Assembly: GCF_009914755.1 (NCBI RefSeq)
Contig: NC_060942.1
DNA from: the human T2T-CHM13v2.0 reference genome, Homo sapiens
Length of the DNA: 64,000 bases
Strand: one strand, 5' to 3'
In this document: positions 29,660 to 48,799 of the stretch, piece by piece
Layout of the letters: each line of letters opens with the position of its first letter
How positions within the stretch are numbered: position 1 is the first letter of the stretch
Notes under the pieces: model-generated
The model's input: only the letters and a program-made list of their open reading frames with translations
Databases searched by the model: none
What the model was told of the DNA's origin: nothing
Position numbers and translations under genes: made by a program

Positions 29660-30329
29660 AAAAACATGTAATACAAATACTTGTAAGAACACTGTTGCAA
29701 AATATATGTTGAACTTAAATGATAATCAGTACAAAATGATGGAAAGAAAATGACTTTTCTTGCCATGATATTAGGCGAGATCCTGTCAGATGGTCCATTG
29801 AAATTTTGTAAGCAAAAAGAAGTCGCGCTTACGAATAGGTCCATCAAAAAAAAAATTCAAACCATGAAAAAAATTTTTAAGATATATCTTTGTTGTTTCA
29901 CTTCCATTTTTCTTGTTAACATAAATGAGCTAATATTCATGTCAGAATTATAACTCTTCTTGAATGGCATAGCAACTTCTTTGCTGAATCCAATAGTTAT
30001 TAAGCATTTATCACTCATTTTGTGACATTCTTGGTGGCTATAAAATTATAAAACTAATGGTGGAATTTGCCAAAAAAAAAAAAAATAGCAAGTCACACTG
30101 CAGTTGTAGGTGTAAACCCAAACACAAGTGGCTATATGCAATGTTTAATAAAGGATATTACATATTTTTAAAATAATAATAGGTCCATCTTCTCGGGCTC
30201 CTGGGACAGTGGAGTAATTGACAGCTGTATCATGTGGCAGCCAGTAGCCCCACCCATTCCCCCCATGTTTGACCCACCGTAAGAACACATCACAATTACA
30301 TATGCGTGTCAAATACTACCGAGGCTTCC

Positions 30330-32035
30330 CACTCCCACCAACTAGCAGCCATTCTCCCATCTCTATGTTGGTCTCTCAAGTTTCCCTCCCTCCATCTCAG
30401 TTTAATCCCTCTACTCTGCTCTAGGTCTCATTTTCTCCTGCCTACCCTCTTGGGAATCTCACTCCATCTATCACTGCCGCTCTCTGGGATTTAAACTTCC
30501 TTCTTTCCAGTGGTACCTTCTTTTCATCAACATGAAACTCATACCTGAGTCTTTTTCACCTTACAAAACTCCTTCTTCAGCTGCTATCCTCTCTTCTGCT
30601 CCCCTAGGCAGCCAAAGTTAGAAGGTTTACCTGGGCTTGCTTCATCAACTTCTTTACCTTCCTCTTCCATCATCCTCCTCAATATTCCATTGAAGCTGCT
30701 TTTGCCAAGGTTATTGATGTTCCCCACATTATTTAGTCTAATGGACACTCTTCTGTCCTGTTGTGACCTCCCAACATGTTTTGGGCATTGTTTACCCTCT
30801 ATCCTTCTCAGAGCCCTTTCCTGGGTTTCCTGACACCACTGTCTTTCAAGTTCTCTCCTACTTTCTGCCATTTCATTTACGGAGTCCTGCTCTTCTCCCA
30901 ACCACCTCAAGGTACCATCCCAGGACAGCTGTGCCTTGCATTCTGTACTCTTTCCTAGATGGTCTCATCAATCCCCATGGCTTGATGTTTTGGTTGTCAC
31001 TGAACTTCTGATGACTCACACATGCATGTCTCTCTGCAGACCACCTTCTGAGCTCGACTCATGTATCTAATTATCTTTGAATAACCCATTTGGATATCTC
31101 TTGAGTCTCAAAAATTAGCATGCCCAAAGCTGAACTTAGAGTGATTTTTTTTAATGAACATGTTTAAATGAACTTAATCATAGTTACATTTTAAAATGTA
31201 CCCTTCTGATCAGAACCCTTCAATGTCACCCATCTGCTCTAAGTAAAATCCTAAGGCATTATAAAGCCTACAACACCCTGAATAATCCCTCTCCACTCAT
31301 TTGCTTCCCTGACATTATCTCCTACTACCATCCCCCAACTCACTACTCTAGCCATGCTCCCAACTCAGGGGCCTTTGCACTTGCTTTTCCTATTTTTCCA
31401 CCTGATATAAGCATTTGTTCTCTCCCATCCCTGAAGACTTCAGTCAACTATCACCTGTTGGTACGGCTTTCCCTGACAATCGTACATAAAATTTCAACAC
31501 GCCCACTGATCTAGCATTCTTTAACCTCTTTTCCTGACTTGTCTTTATAACATTTATCAATATTGGACATACTATATATTTTATTGTCTACCTTCCTCCA
31601 TAGATTGTAGACTACCTTGCAGGAATGTTGGTCTTGTTATTCATTGTTTTATTCCTAATGCCTAGAACAGGGTCTGGCATATAAAACAGAATCAATAAGT
31701 AACTATGGAATAAACAAATAAATGAATCTCCAAACCTGCTATCCATCATTTCAGTAAATGGTGCCCCCGTCGATCCAGCTGCTCAATACAGTTTTGACTC
31801 AACTCATTTGCTTTTGCCCCACATTAAACCATCACTCAGCCCTCCTGCCATCTCCAAAAATCATCTTCCTCTCCCACCTCCTGTCACAGTTATTTCTTAT
31901 TCATCTTTTAATTCCAGCTACACATCATTTTTACAGACTGTGTCTGTAATGTTTCCTTTTAAATACCCAACTAGACCTAACACATGTCTGGTCCATACTA
32001 AGTGTCCATCAGGTATTTGTTGAATGAATAAATGG
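30330..32035 (+). mobile_element. L2 LINE fragments
   Basis: L2-like tracts (gctgctttgccaagg, aatccccatggctt, gcctttgcacttgct) and two L2 3' ends (gaataaacaaataaatgaat near 31710; tttgttgaatgaataaat near 32020). Confidence 0.65.
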
Positions 32036-32481
32036 TGTTTCTCAGAAATGCCAGATTAGGTCTCCCAGCTCTCTGTTGCTATCACACTCTGTAAATTTCC
32101 ATACATCACTCATCCCTCTTTTCAATAACTACTTAGTTTGATGTTCTTCTTCTTTTCTAGGCTATAAGCTTCCTGAAAACAGAAATCTACATGAAGGTGG
32201 GAAAGAGCAAGGGAAGGTCCTAAAATACAGACAGTACTGGCCTGACTATGGAAGGGTCATGCTGATAATACAGGGAAGCCATCTGAATAGGTTGGGGACA
32301 GAGCTGTGATTACAGAGGCATCAGTCTAGAGAAAAGAAGCTCATTCTATTTTTTGATACCAAAGGGGAAAAGGGAGTATCATAAGGTAGGCATATTTGGT
32401 CTCATACTTCTATATAAATCAGTTCCAGTGCTGGTTAAAATATAGTTTGGCTTGATTATTAATCACTAAAATTTAATAAAT

Positions 32482-32779
32482 TCTTTTCTTTTTCTTTTTT
32501 GAGACAGAGTCTTGCCCTGTCACCCAGGCTGCAGGGCAAAGACGCAATCTCAGCTCACTGCAAACTCCGCCTCCCAGGTTCAAATGATTCTCCTGCCTCA
32601 GCCTCCTGAGTATCTGGGATTTCAGGCACGCGCCAACATGCCTGGCTAATTTTTTGTATCTTTAGTAGAGACAGGTTTCACCATGTTGGCCAGGCTGGTC
32701 TCAAACTCCTGATCTCGTGATCCGCCCACTTTGGCCTCCTAAAGTGCTGGGACTACAGGCGTGAGCCACAGTGCCTGGC
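32482..32779 (-). mobile_element. AluS (Sc/Sg-like)
   Basis: Reverse Alu dimer with gatctcgtgatcc; carries a locally rewritten 12-nt segment (see findings). Confidence 0.92.
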
Positions 32780-34495
32780 CCATTTTTTTAACTTATGAAT
32801 TTCAAAAACTTCTAATTTCAACCTTGTATAGTCTCCTAGCTACCAGACTGCAGCCTAATTGCTCTAAAATACACTTTATTAATTTATACATGGTTTACTT
32901 GCTAATTTAGAATTATATCTAGGTAGATAGATATATATGTGCATACACACACAAACACTCATTTTATATATTAGAAAACTGACATAGCAGAATCTCTTTT
33001 TACCTCAAGACTATATAATTCATAAGTAATGGAGCTGGGATTTGAACCGAGGTCTATGTGACTTCAAAATTCATGCACTTTTACTATTTTATAATGCCTC
33101 CATAATATGATATATATTCAGAGTGAAAATACTTGTGTAAAGAATTATGATAAAAATGAACATAAATTTAGCCCAATATTGTCTTATGATAGCTCATGAA
33201 TACATTTAATATTAATTTGCTCACAAATGATAGAAATGTCTACCATGAGGATCTGCCAAATATTCTTTGACCTTTTGCTAAATATAAATGGTAGAGCTAT
33301 TACCTTTAACATAAATGTATGTCCCATTTTCACCAACAGTAACCCGCACTTAAGCCCAGACAGCTTTGTTTAACTCTGACCTCTACAACTCAAAGATAAA
33401 CAAGAATAGGATTAAGCCTTCTTCCCTTTGTTGTGCCCCACAGCACCCTTTGATTCTTGTTGAATTAATAAATAGTTTGGGATGAGGAGAAAGCAGAAAC
33501 AAGCTCTTCTACCCACTTCCATTTCCAGCACAGGCTAATAATTATCAATAACAAGTCACAGCCTTAACTGTTCCTAAATTCCAGAAATATATCATCAAAG
33601 GGCTGTACATATATATGAAGAACCCTAAATCTGCATTTCGATATAGACACCTATTAGATTTACTTCTTACTACCTACAGGAAATTCACGTCTATGAGCAA
33701 AAAGTCATATACAAAGATTTTCAGAACAGCATAATAATCAATAAAAACAAGAAAATGGAAAAATTAGTGTAGGGATAGTACTAGAGAATAATTCGAAGTC
33801 TACAAAAGATTATGTTTATAGAGTCTTTGTAACTTTTGATTATGAAAAAATATTGTTATGTTAAATAATAAAATTAATAGAGTATTATGAGCCAGCTATT
33901 CTTGTAACAGCTTTAAACGTATTAACTAATTTAATCCTCAAAACAAATTTTACAAGGTAAGCACCATTACTATCTGCATTTTACAAATGAAAAAAGTTCA
34001 ACACAGAGAGATAGGAACTTGAACCAAGATCCTTAAGCTTATTAGGTGTTAGAGTCAAGATATAAATCCAGATACAGCACTTGAGAAGCCACACTTAACA
34101 GTTTATACAGAAGATAAAATTGTATAGACTATTATAACTATTTAAATATATATTTGCTTGCATAAAAAGAAAATATTGGATGGGAATATAATTTGTTATA
34201 TGGGAATTTTTAAAATTTCTTCATTATATTTATCTTTCTTTTCCACAACTTTTATAGTAGTCATGTTTTATGTTTATAATCAGGACAGAACAAGAAGTTA
34301 TATTTGAAAAGTAAATGAAAAAAAGAAGTTCATGTTTTGAACAGATGCCTTGGTTCAACTGAGTAACTGACTTCAAAATTTATACACTATAGTCACGAAT
34401 AATCTATATTTGAATACGTGCTATGGAAAAAGAAGAGTTTCTTAACGGCTTAAGCTATGTTCAGAGCTGAAAGGGACCTTAGAGATTATTTAGAC

Positions 34496-34674
34496 CAGTT
34501 TTCTCAAAGTGTGGTCCCCAGACCAGAGGTGTCAACGTCATTTGGGAAATGCAAATTTAGGGGCCCTGCCCAGATTTACTGAATCAAAAGTTCTGGGAGT
34601 AGCGCCCAGAAACCTGTGTTTTCATGCAAGTCCTGCAGGTGATTCTGATGCACACTCAAGTTTCAGAATCGCTG
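34496..34674. mobile_element. MER5A
   Basis: cagttttctcaaagtgtggtccccagaccag...gattctgatgcacactcaagtttcagaatcgctg. Confidence 0.85.
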
Positions 34675-34680
34675 ACCTAG

Positions 34681-37775
<3,095 letters not shown>

Positions 37776-37783
37776 ATTTAGTC

Positions 37784-37950
37784 CTTTACTACTCATAGCA
37801 TGGTCCTCGGACCCACAGAGTTGGCATCTACTGGGAGCTTTTGAGAAATGTAGGATCTAGAGTTCCACTCCAGCCCTGCTTGAATCAGAAACTGCATTTA
37901 AACAAGATCCCCAAGTGGTTGATATATACATGCAAGTTTGAGAGGCATTG
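37784..37950. mobile_element. MER5A-like element
   Basis: tggtcctcggacc...ggcatctactgggagctt...gaatcagaaactgcatttaaacaagatcccc...agtttgagaggcattg. Confidence 0.75.
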
Positions 37951-39529
37951 AACACTGTCCTCATTATACAGAGGAAAAAACAAACAAGGCCAAAAGAGTT
38001 AATATTTTCCCAAGATCTCACTGCTGGGGGATGGGAGACAGGGGATGGGAGAAGGGGCAAGAATAGAAGAGTTGAATTCAAACCCAAGATGCTCAAAATT
38101 TCAACTGCACTCTTTCTGTTATACTATGTTGTAAAGCTTTGGATTTGATGGATCTTTCTTTTTTTTTTTTACCTTTCTCCCACCTCCAAATGGTTTTCAC
38201 CCCATAAAGTACCTAAAGCTTGGTAATGCACAAATGCCATGTCATTCCCTGAAGAAATTTAGAGTTGGCAGAGGAAGGCTTAGAAATTAAGTGCCTGAAA
38301 GCCAGTAACCGGGCTCAGAGATCTCCAAGGACTGCTGTCCAGTCCAAAATTCCATGACATCTGCAATACAGCCTTGAATAAAAACCAGAATGCCAGTATC
38401 CAATGCAGTGAGAATTTATTTCATAGTTATCAAAGCAAACCAAAGGTTATCAGTGGGTTGGACATTTAAAGATTAAGTACAGCTGATCGCACTCAACTCT
38501 TATGCAGGTAGCTTAACTCCAGTGGTTCTGGTCTCTCTCTGAAGGGAAAATAGAGGTGTTTATGATCCTGTATCCTAATGGGTTCCAGGTGATCCAGGCT
38601 AGGCAGCTGAGTTAGGCCCTCTCTTCTTTGATTTACATGGCAGAATCCAGGCCATCTCTAAATTGAAAAGATATAGTAATGAGTAAATGCAGAAAAAGAA
38701 AAGAGGAATAAAAAGAGCTGAGGCAAAACCTGGAGTGCTTTTCCAAGTCCAAAGTGAGCTATGGCTGCCCTCTCTGCTCAGAAGGTATGATCATAAATTA
38801 CTAGCTAATGTTTAGCACTGGGGCTCTGGCCCATGATCTATTACAGAGGACAAGATGCCTCCAAGCAGAAAATACTGTAACTGGGGAGCAATAACATCTG
38901 TGTCAGTCATGAGACTGCAGTTAAAGTGAACTGAGAAGTTACAGGCTGTGCTGCAGATGCATAGTAATAATATGCACATTTTTTAGCTAAAAAGATATGT
39001 CATCAAGATATGAGTTACATTCTTTTGCGTCACCATAGCCTGAAGAGGATCAGTAGGACCCCCGGATTTCTGTTTTAACATTAGCAAGATGTTAGCCAAC
39101 AACTCAAGGGAATTATAGTTGATAAAGCAAAGAAGTCTGAGGAACTCGGAATATGGGCTTGGTTTTCTGGAGCACAGATTCTAGGTCGTTACAATGCTCT
39201 GCTGTACTAAGCAGGTCACATAATCTCTCTGAGCCTCTTAATCTAGCAAGGTCAAAGAATTCATTCAGGATAGAATTGGGACTCAAACGCAGACCTTCCG
39301 GCTATAAATTCTATTATTTTCCCAGTACTTCTCTGTTTATAAAATTGATATTTAAGTAGTTATCAATAAGAGTAAATGCCCAGTTATTCAGGAACTGAAA
39401 TGTGTACAAGGGACTTTCATTTCTGAATAGATCAAAATAAAAGAGAACTGCTTTATTGTAACTTTCCATTTTAAAAATTCTTTAGTAGCATGATAATAGC
39501 TAAAAATTCAAACCATTTAAAAGTGTTCA

Positions 39530-39690
39530 GGGTGGGAGGGGGACAAGAGTTGAAAAACTACCTATTGGGTACTATGCTCACTACCTGGGTGATGGGATCC
39601 TTCATACCCCAAACCTCAGTGACATGCAATTTACCCATATAACAAACCCAGTGAACCTAAAAGGTGGAAAAAATAAATAAGAAATAAAAC
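39530..39690 (+). mobile_element. L1PA15/16-like 3' end fragment
   Basis: gttgaaaaactacctattgggtactatgctcactacctgggtgatgggatc...atgcaatttacccat followed by an A-rich tail. Confidence 0.8.
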
Positions 39691-40387
39691 AGAAGTTTCA
39701 GGAAAACAAACTGCCAGTTGTGGGTAGTCTAGAGCAGGGGTTCTCAACCCCCAGGGCCATCGACTAATACGAGTCTGTGTGTGGCCTGTTAGGAACTGGA
39801 CCATACAGCAGGAAGTGAGTGGTGGGCGAGTGAGCAAAGCTTCATCTGTATTTACAGCTACTCCCCATCGCTCGCGTTACCACCTGAGCTCCACCTCCTG
39901 TCAGATCAGTGGCAGCATTAGAGTCTCATAGGAGCACGAACCCTATTGGGAACTGTGCAAGTGAGGGATCTAGGTTGCATGCTCCTTATGAGAATCTAAT
40001 GCCTGATGATCTGAGGTGGGGCTGAGGCAGTGATGCTAGCACTGGGGAGCAGCTGCAAATACAGATTAACATTAGCAGAGAGGTTTGACTGAACAGAGAC
40101 CTTAGTAAATCAATTGCTTGCGGACTCATAACAAAATTATATCAGTCAGTGGCAAATGACAATTAAGCTGCATCTGGTGTCAGGCTTTATAGTGGTAAGT
40201 GAGTTGATGTACTTTGATTGTACAGCTGCATCTGGTGGCAGGCTTTAAGTCAGAATCTGACACTTATTTCAGTCCGTGTGTGGCCTGCCCATTATTTTAT
40301 TTACCACTTCCATCCATGCCTCCTTCCTGCACTGCGCACTTGTCTCTGTCACAGTTTTGGTAAGCCCACAAGCTAACCCAAGCCAAA

Positions 40388-42570
<2,183 letters not shown>

Positions 42571-42780
42571 TTCTACATTATGGTGAGTTGCATAATTATG
42601 TCATTATATATTACAATAAAAATAAAGTGCATGATAAATGTAATGTGGTTGAATCATCCCAAAGTCATCCTCCCTACTCCACCCCAGTCTGTGGAAAAAT
42701 TGTCTTCTGTGAAACCGGTCCCTGGTGACAAAAAATTTGGGGACTGCTGATTGAGAGAGATCTTAATTGAGTTAAAAAAG

Positions 42781-42995
42781 AGATCACAGGGACACAGGAA
42801 GGGGAACATCACACTCTGGGGACTGTTGTGGGGTGGGGGGAGGGGGGAGGGATAGCATTGGGAGATATACCTAATGCTAGATGACGAGTTAGTGGGTGCA
42901 GCGCACCAGCGTGGCACATGTATACATATGTAACTAACCTGCACAATGTGCACATGTACCCTAAAACTTAAAGTATAATAATAAAAGAAAAAAAA
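42781..42995 (+). mobile_element. Severely 5'-truncated young L1 (L1PA2-like) 3' UTR
   Basis: agatcac, gcattgggag, ctagatgacgagttagtggg, cacaatgtg; GAG rather than the Ta-diagnostic ACA; inserted at tt/aaaa with short TSD aaaaaag. Confidence 0.88.
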
Positions 42996-44386
42996 AGTTT
43001 TGCATAGATGGACAGCCTCTGAGGTATCTTTCAGCTTTGATAACTGGTGATTCCTTACTGTATAGGCCAACTGGGCCCAAAGTCCACTTGGGATTTCAAC
43101 ACCTTCTTTTTTCATAGTATGACCAGGACTTTCCCAGTTTATGCTGTAAGTCCTATGATCTGGAACTGAGTCCCAGGCAAACAAGGAATCACCATACTTC
43201 TTACCACTATGCTGTGTGTCTCCTTGACCCTTGTCCAGACCAGCACAGTGCTCTTAACTGCACCTTCCCACCTACACAAAAGCCTGAGTACACACTACAA
43301 AAAGTCTTTGTCCCCTGCACTCTGGATCTTGTGCAAACCCAAAGGAGGCTTTGCCTTCTACTCTCATTCCAACCTGCATACTCGGGTACCTTGGCAAGTA
43401 CCTAGGTTTGTTTCTCTAATTAGCCCTCTTGAAGCAATGCTTCAGGTGAACCATCTGCTTGGCTTCACCACCAAACATGATCTTCAAGTCTCCCAGCCCA
43501 ACATTTCTCCTGCCAGGCCTTGGGTCATTGAGCAGAGGTATTATTGGGATACCTTATGCCCCTGCTGCTGCCTAGTCCTGTAGCCACTGCATAGCATGAT
43601 CCAAGATCAAAGCTATTTTGTGGATTTCTAAATGCCATACTACTATATCAGTTCTGTATCTATTGCCAGAATTCTTTTAAAAACTGGTCATTTGTAGACA
43701 TAAGCTTTTCAAGGGCTCAAATATCCCATTTTCATAAACCTATTTGTTTTCTTGTCTGCTTAGTGTTGCCTTTGACTATATTGAATATCCTCCTCCTGTG
43801 CTATGTTAAAATGCCTTTACTTGTTACTTGTTAACAATAAATTACTCATTAACAAGGAATTCATTCTTATCATTGACAAATATTTCAGCATAAATGGACT
43901 TCTTTCTATAGCCAAGAGAGTATGAAGTATGTTAGATTGGAAAGCTCCATATTTATCGTCTGTTGGATTAAAGCTTGTTGATTTATTTTAAACTATTCTA
44001 AGGTGGTTGTTTGTGTTTCATACTTATATCTCAGGAGATACTGATGAAACTATATAGAATGAATCAACAATTAGTACATAGCCCAAAACCATGTGCCCAA
44101 AATACCTAAGTTATGGACATTCCTAAAACAGACCTTAATATGCTGAGTTTTTCTAATTAATTTATATTTTTCCACATACAAAAAGGATAGGAAAGTCTTC
44201 CAGAAAAAAGGACAATGTCCTTGGGTTACTTTGTAGCATCTAACACTGCTAAACTGGTGTAGAGGAGTGAAGAGGTTGAAAGGAAGACTATAAGATGTCC
44301 CACTTAAGAAACTGTTAAAAAGTGCTGTGAAAGTCTGATCCCTCCATTCATCCACCTGACAGAAGCACTGGAACAAACTTCTGCCT

Positions 44387-45060
44387 GTCACAGAAACTTC
44401 TATTTGTCTACCCAGTATTTATTTTTTTTCCTTCTTCCTTACTAACAGAATGTCAATTTTCTTCTAGGCATTCATTTATTCTCCCTTGCAGCTAAGGGTA
44501 ACCAATGAGGTGTAAGTAGAAGTGTTTGAAAGGGCCTTACTCACCCAGGAGGGACAATCCTGGGACCTTCTGCCCTCCTTCCTTCCTCCTTCTTTCTGCC
44601 TAGAATATGTCAGGTTGTTACATTTAAAAAATAAAAACACAGGGTGCCTACTTAAATTTAAATTTCAGACAAACAACAAATAATTGGTTTTAGTATAAGT
44701 ACATTCTATGCAGTTTGGAACATACTAACACTAAAAAATCATTTGTTGTTTACCTAAAATTCAAGTGTAACTGGGTATCCTGTATTTTATCTATTTTATC
44801 ATGTCCCCAAGAATGTGGACATGGAGACTGAAGCTCCAGCAGCCACCATGGGACATAAAGAGAACTTACAGCTGAAAGCCACACACCAAGGATGACAGAA
44901 AGAAAATATGGGCATCCAGTCACAGAAGACCAGAGAGGGACACGCTAACCCCAGGCCATGTTCCTTGGAACTTTTTCTACATGAGATAAATAAAGCTTTA
45001 CCTTGTTTGAGGCATGATTATTTGGAATTTGTTGCATGTCAAACTCAGTCCTGAGTGGTA
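44387..45060 (+). mobile_element. MLT1J-like MaLR solo LTR interrupted by MER53
   Basis: ttcttccttactaacagaa, ccttgcagctaagg, gctccagcagccacc and tacatgagataaataaa...ttgttt motifs. Confidence 0.65.
44611..44809. mobile_element. MER53 palindromic MITE
   Basis: Long imperfect inverted repeat (aaatttcagacaaacaac...ttagtataagta / tactaacactaa...gttgtttacctaaaatt). Confidence 0.85.
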
Positions 45061-45925
45061 AACTATCATTTCCACATTGCTTTTCCTCTCCACTCTCTTC
45101 CGTGTTTCTTTTTTCTCTCCCCAATAACCCATGGTGAGAATTTTAGGTGATTTTATTCATTTATAAGAGTGAATGGAAAGAGTAAATCCCACACAATAAT
45201 TTGTCCCCCTCCTAAATCCTCAGAAACAGCTTAAAATGAGGGGAAAAATATAAAAATATAATCTGTAGTTCTCTAGAAAAAAAGTGCCTGGAGGTCTCCC
45301 AAAAGACTAGCAAGCAATGAAGAGATTTCCTTCAAGGGGCCACCATGACCGTATCATATTTGGGGAGGTTTGTCTTTGAAAAGGTGTACAGTTAGGCAGA
45401 GAGAAGCTTCAATGAAATTCTAAAGAGAAGGGAATATGATAGAAAACATGCAATTCTATTTTATCACTGATTCTATGGCGCTGTGTATTATATTACTAAT
45501 TATAATTTTTATTGAACACTAATAGTTATTGAACATTTATCAAATATCAGACTATCCTAAGCATTTTATATACATATACATTATCTAATCTTCACGCTTA
45601 CCCTATAAGGTTGATATTATTAGTAACTTCATTTTGTATATATGGAAGCCAAGGCTCAAAAAGGAAAAAAAAAACTCTTTCAAAATCAAAAAGCATACAA
45701 GATGTGCAGCAGGAGTTTGAATCCACATCTTCTGGCTCCACAGATTTGGTGCTACTAATCTGTAAGTTTAAAATACAATACTATAAAATATGGTAAAGAT
45801 ACAATACTTAGAAATTAAGGTACTTAATCTGTAAGTTTAAGATACAATACTGCACCATTTCTATTTTATCTGATGGTTTAACATTTCAAAAGGCATTTCA
45901 GGACTCAGTTCAGTTCTTTCATTTG

Positions 45926-45968
45926 CACACACACACACACATGCACACGCATGCAGGCACATACATAT
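45926..45968. repeat. (CA)n microsatellite with degenerate RY extension
   Basis: cacacacacacacacatgcacacgcatgc. Confidence 0.8.
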
Positions 45969-47214
45969 GTATAACTCCTGAACTGGGGAAAAGTATACAA
46001 CTTCACAGGTGAAAGGATCAGGCACATGTTCAATGAATTGGAGTCCTGATTCCCAACATCCTGCACTTAAGCTCTGCAGATGAAAGGATGCTCAGTCTGG
46101 CTTCAATTCCTGTCTAAAAATAGCTAAAAGCACAATACAAAACACCAGATTTTTGTATCAGGTTATTGCTCTGAGCCCCACTTACTGAGTGGGGAATCTG
46201 ATGTCCAGAAAGCAGGGTAACTTAGGAAAGTGTTAGAGCTGGGGGAGGCACACCTGGAGAGGAATTAAAGTTTAACCTAAAGTGACTGGAGCATCACGTG
46301 TTTAACCTTCTCTATCCACTTGCTCTTACCATGAGTACATTTCCATTTTTAGGTCTCTTAAAACCATAGATTGATGAAACAAACTCACAATACAGACTCA
46401 CTTTGCTGCCCCTTAGCTTTATATTCCCTAAGAACGTCCACAAACTCTGGACTGGATTTAGCCTACTTGGACCAAGAGACACAGGCCATGATGGTGTAAC
46501 ATGATGAAGAGCTCTCTCTGAAGATTGCTGAATCACAGGAAACACACAAACCAAGCAGGAAAAATGTGCCTTGAACTTTTCCACGTAATTCACCTATTGC
46601 AACTGGGGGTGGCTGGGTTTTCATGAATAGGGCACCCAAGGAGAATAGCTAATAACAGACTGATCCAGAATTGAGAAAGAATAGCATGGCATCTTGCCCC
46701 AGTCATGAATAGATGACATAACAAAGAGAGAGGAAAAAGAAACAAGGAACCCAGGAGTAATGGGGAGACCAGGGCTCACCAGCCAGGCGTCTGGTAAGCA
46801 CCGAGTGTGGGAAATTTTCCTTGCCTCTGAGACACATATTGTTGTCCAACAATGGCATGGCAGCTGACGTTGCAAAGTCTCCGTTTCAAAGGAGAAACCA
46901 GCAGAGGTGTTCTGCTCCTCCTCTCCCCTTAGGGAAATCCTGGAAAGTGCCAACCAGCTTGCATTATTGTTAAAGATGTTAAATAAAAACACGCAGCAAG
47001 CTCTGCATGTATAGTGGGCAGGGAGTGGAACTAGTAGAATTTTCAGGGCCTTATTGCAATGTCATGTAGTGAAATTTAATCTGGACTGAGACTCCAGAGG
47101 ATAGCAGAGGAGCTGCAGCTCAGCCACCAACCTAACAAGCAACCTTACCTCTCAGGTTCTCAATGTCCAAACTTGTAAGGCAAGAAGGTTATATTGCTGG
47201 ATTGATACATATCT

Positions 47215-48790
47215 TTATTCAACAACATTACTGAGCTAGAGTTACATAAGAGTTATCTCATGTATCTCACATTCTAGTGAATTTGATAGACAATAAAAAG
47301 TAAATTCATAAATGTCCTTTAGTTATAAGGGTTATGAAGAAAAAAAATCATAGTAAACGAAAGAGAGTAATGTGTTGACACTCTAAATAATGTTGCCAGG
47401 AAAGCTGCTCCAAAGAAGCAGTATTTGAGCAGAAACTAGGAGAAGAAGCCAGCCAGGGAAGATTTGGGGAAGCAATGTCCCAGGTGGAAGGAACAGCCAT
47501 GTGTGGCCATGAAATAGGAGCATGCTTGGCATGTCTGAGGTACATCCAGGAAACCAATGTGGCTGGAGTTGAGGGAGTGAGGAGAAAGACAGATGGAGAT
47601 GAGTTGGGGTGATAGCAGGGGACAAATCATGTAAGGTGATAATCAGATTTTAGGTTTAATTGTGATATAAAACCATTGAATGGGTATGTATTGAGCAGAA
47701 AGGTACCATGAACCTTATATGGCTGATAAAAGTAGAGAAAGCATTCAATAATAATTTACTGAGCATCAATATTTACCAGGTTTTGTTGCAAGTGCAAGGA
47801 GTATATCAGTAAATAAAAGATGTCCCTATCCTGATAGAGATTACATCCTTGTGGAAGACCACTTGAAAAACAATTGCAGTGGTCCAAGTAAAAAATGATG
47901 GTGACTTAGTAAAAGGTAGTAGTAATGAAAGTAATGAAGACTAGCCAGGTTCCATATTTGTTCTGAAGGTGGAGCAAAAAGAATTTGTTGATAGATTAGA
48001 TGTGGGGATAAGAAAATAAATAAATGATTCCCAGATTCCTCCATCTCTCTCTTTTTTTTAAACTAGATCCTTCTCGTCATTCTAACTTTGGTTCAGATAT
48101 TACCTCTTCAGAGAGGCATCCCCAGATAACACAAGTTTACAATGCCAAGTTAACTCATTACTCTCTTCTTTTACTACTGTTGTGCCATTTGCTGAAATGA
48201 GGAAGACTTGGGGAGGAGCACAGTCTGATTTGGAGTCAGTATTTGAAGATGTTAAGTTTAAGATGCCTATTAGACATCCAAGAGAAGATGATGTATATGC
48301 TAGTTTGACATATAGCTTGGAGGACAGATGAAAAGTTAGTATGAACATAAAAAGTTTGTTTATCACCTAAGAAAGACATGCATATACTAAAGAGAACCAA
48401 GTACTTCCTAGAGTGTTCCAAAAATTAGAGATCAGGAAGGGGAGAGGTAGCAAGTGAGTTAAGAAAAGAAGGTGAACATGACGTCCCAGAAACCATGTGA
48501 GGAAAATATTCCAGGAGGAAAACATCAGCTTCCTCAACTGCTTGGGACTTGAGTATATATTAAAACGAACCATTGGGTTCAAAAACATGGAGGCCATTGG
48601 TGATATTGAGTGGTTCCAGTGGACTTATGGGGACAAAATCAAAGTGGGTTAAAAAGAAAATGGGAGTTGAGGAATTGAGACAGTGAGTTTAGATGTCTCC
48701 TTCATGGAATTTGATCATAAAAGGGAGTAGAAAAATGAGCAACAATTACCAAGAGGAGAATGTTAGATTGTTTGTTTGTTTTTAAGGTGA
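47215..48790 (-). mobile_element. L2 LINE fragments
   Basis: Purine-rich L2 antisense motifs (ggaaaccaatgtggctggag, gatgttaagtttaagatgcctattagacatccaag, ggaggccattggtga). Confidence 0.7.
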
Positions 48791-48799
48791 GAGTTGCAA

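Noticed and set aside
29680-30180. Possible old hAT/Tip100-like transposon remnant
   Set aside because: Only a vague resemblance; no termini or motif I can support without a Dfam search.
42781-42995. L1HS-Ta polymorphic insertion
   Set aside because: Has GAG and cttaaagt rather than the Ta-diagnostic ACA and cttagagt.
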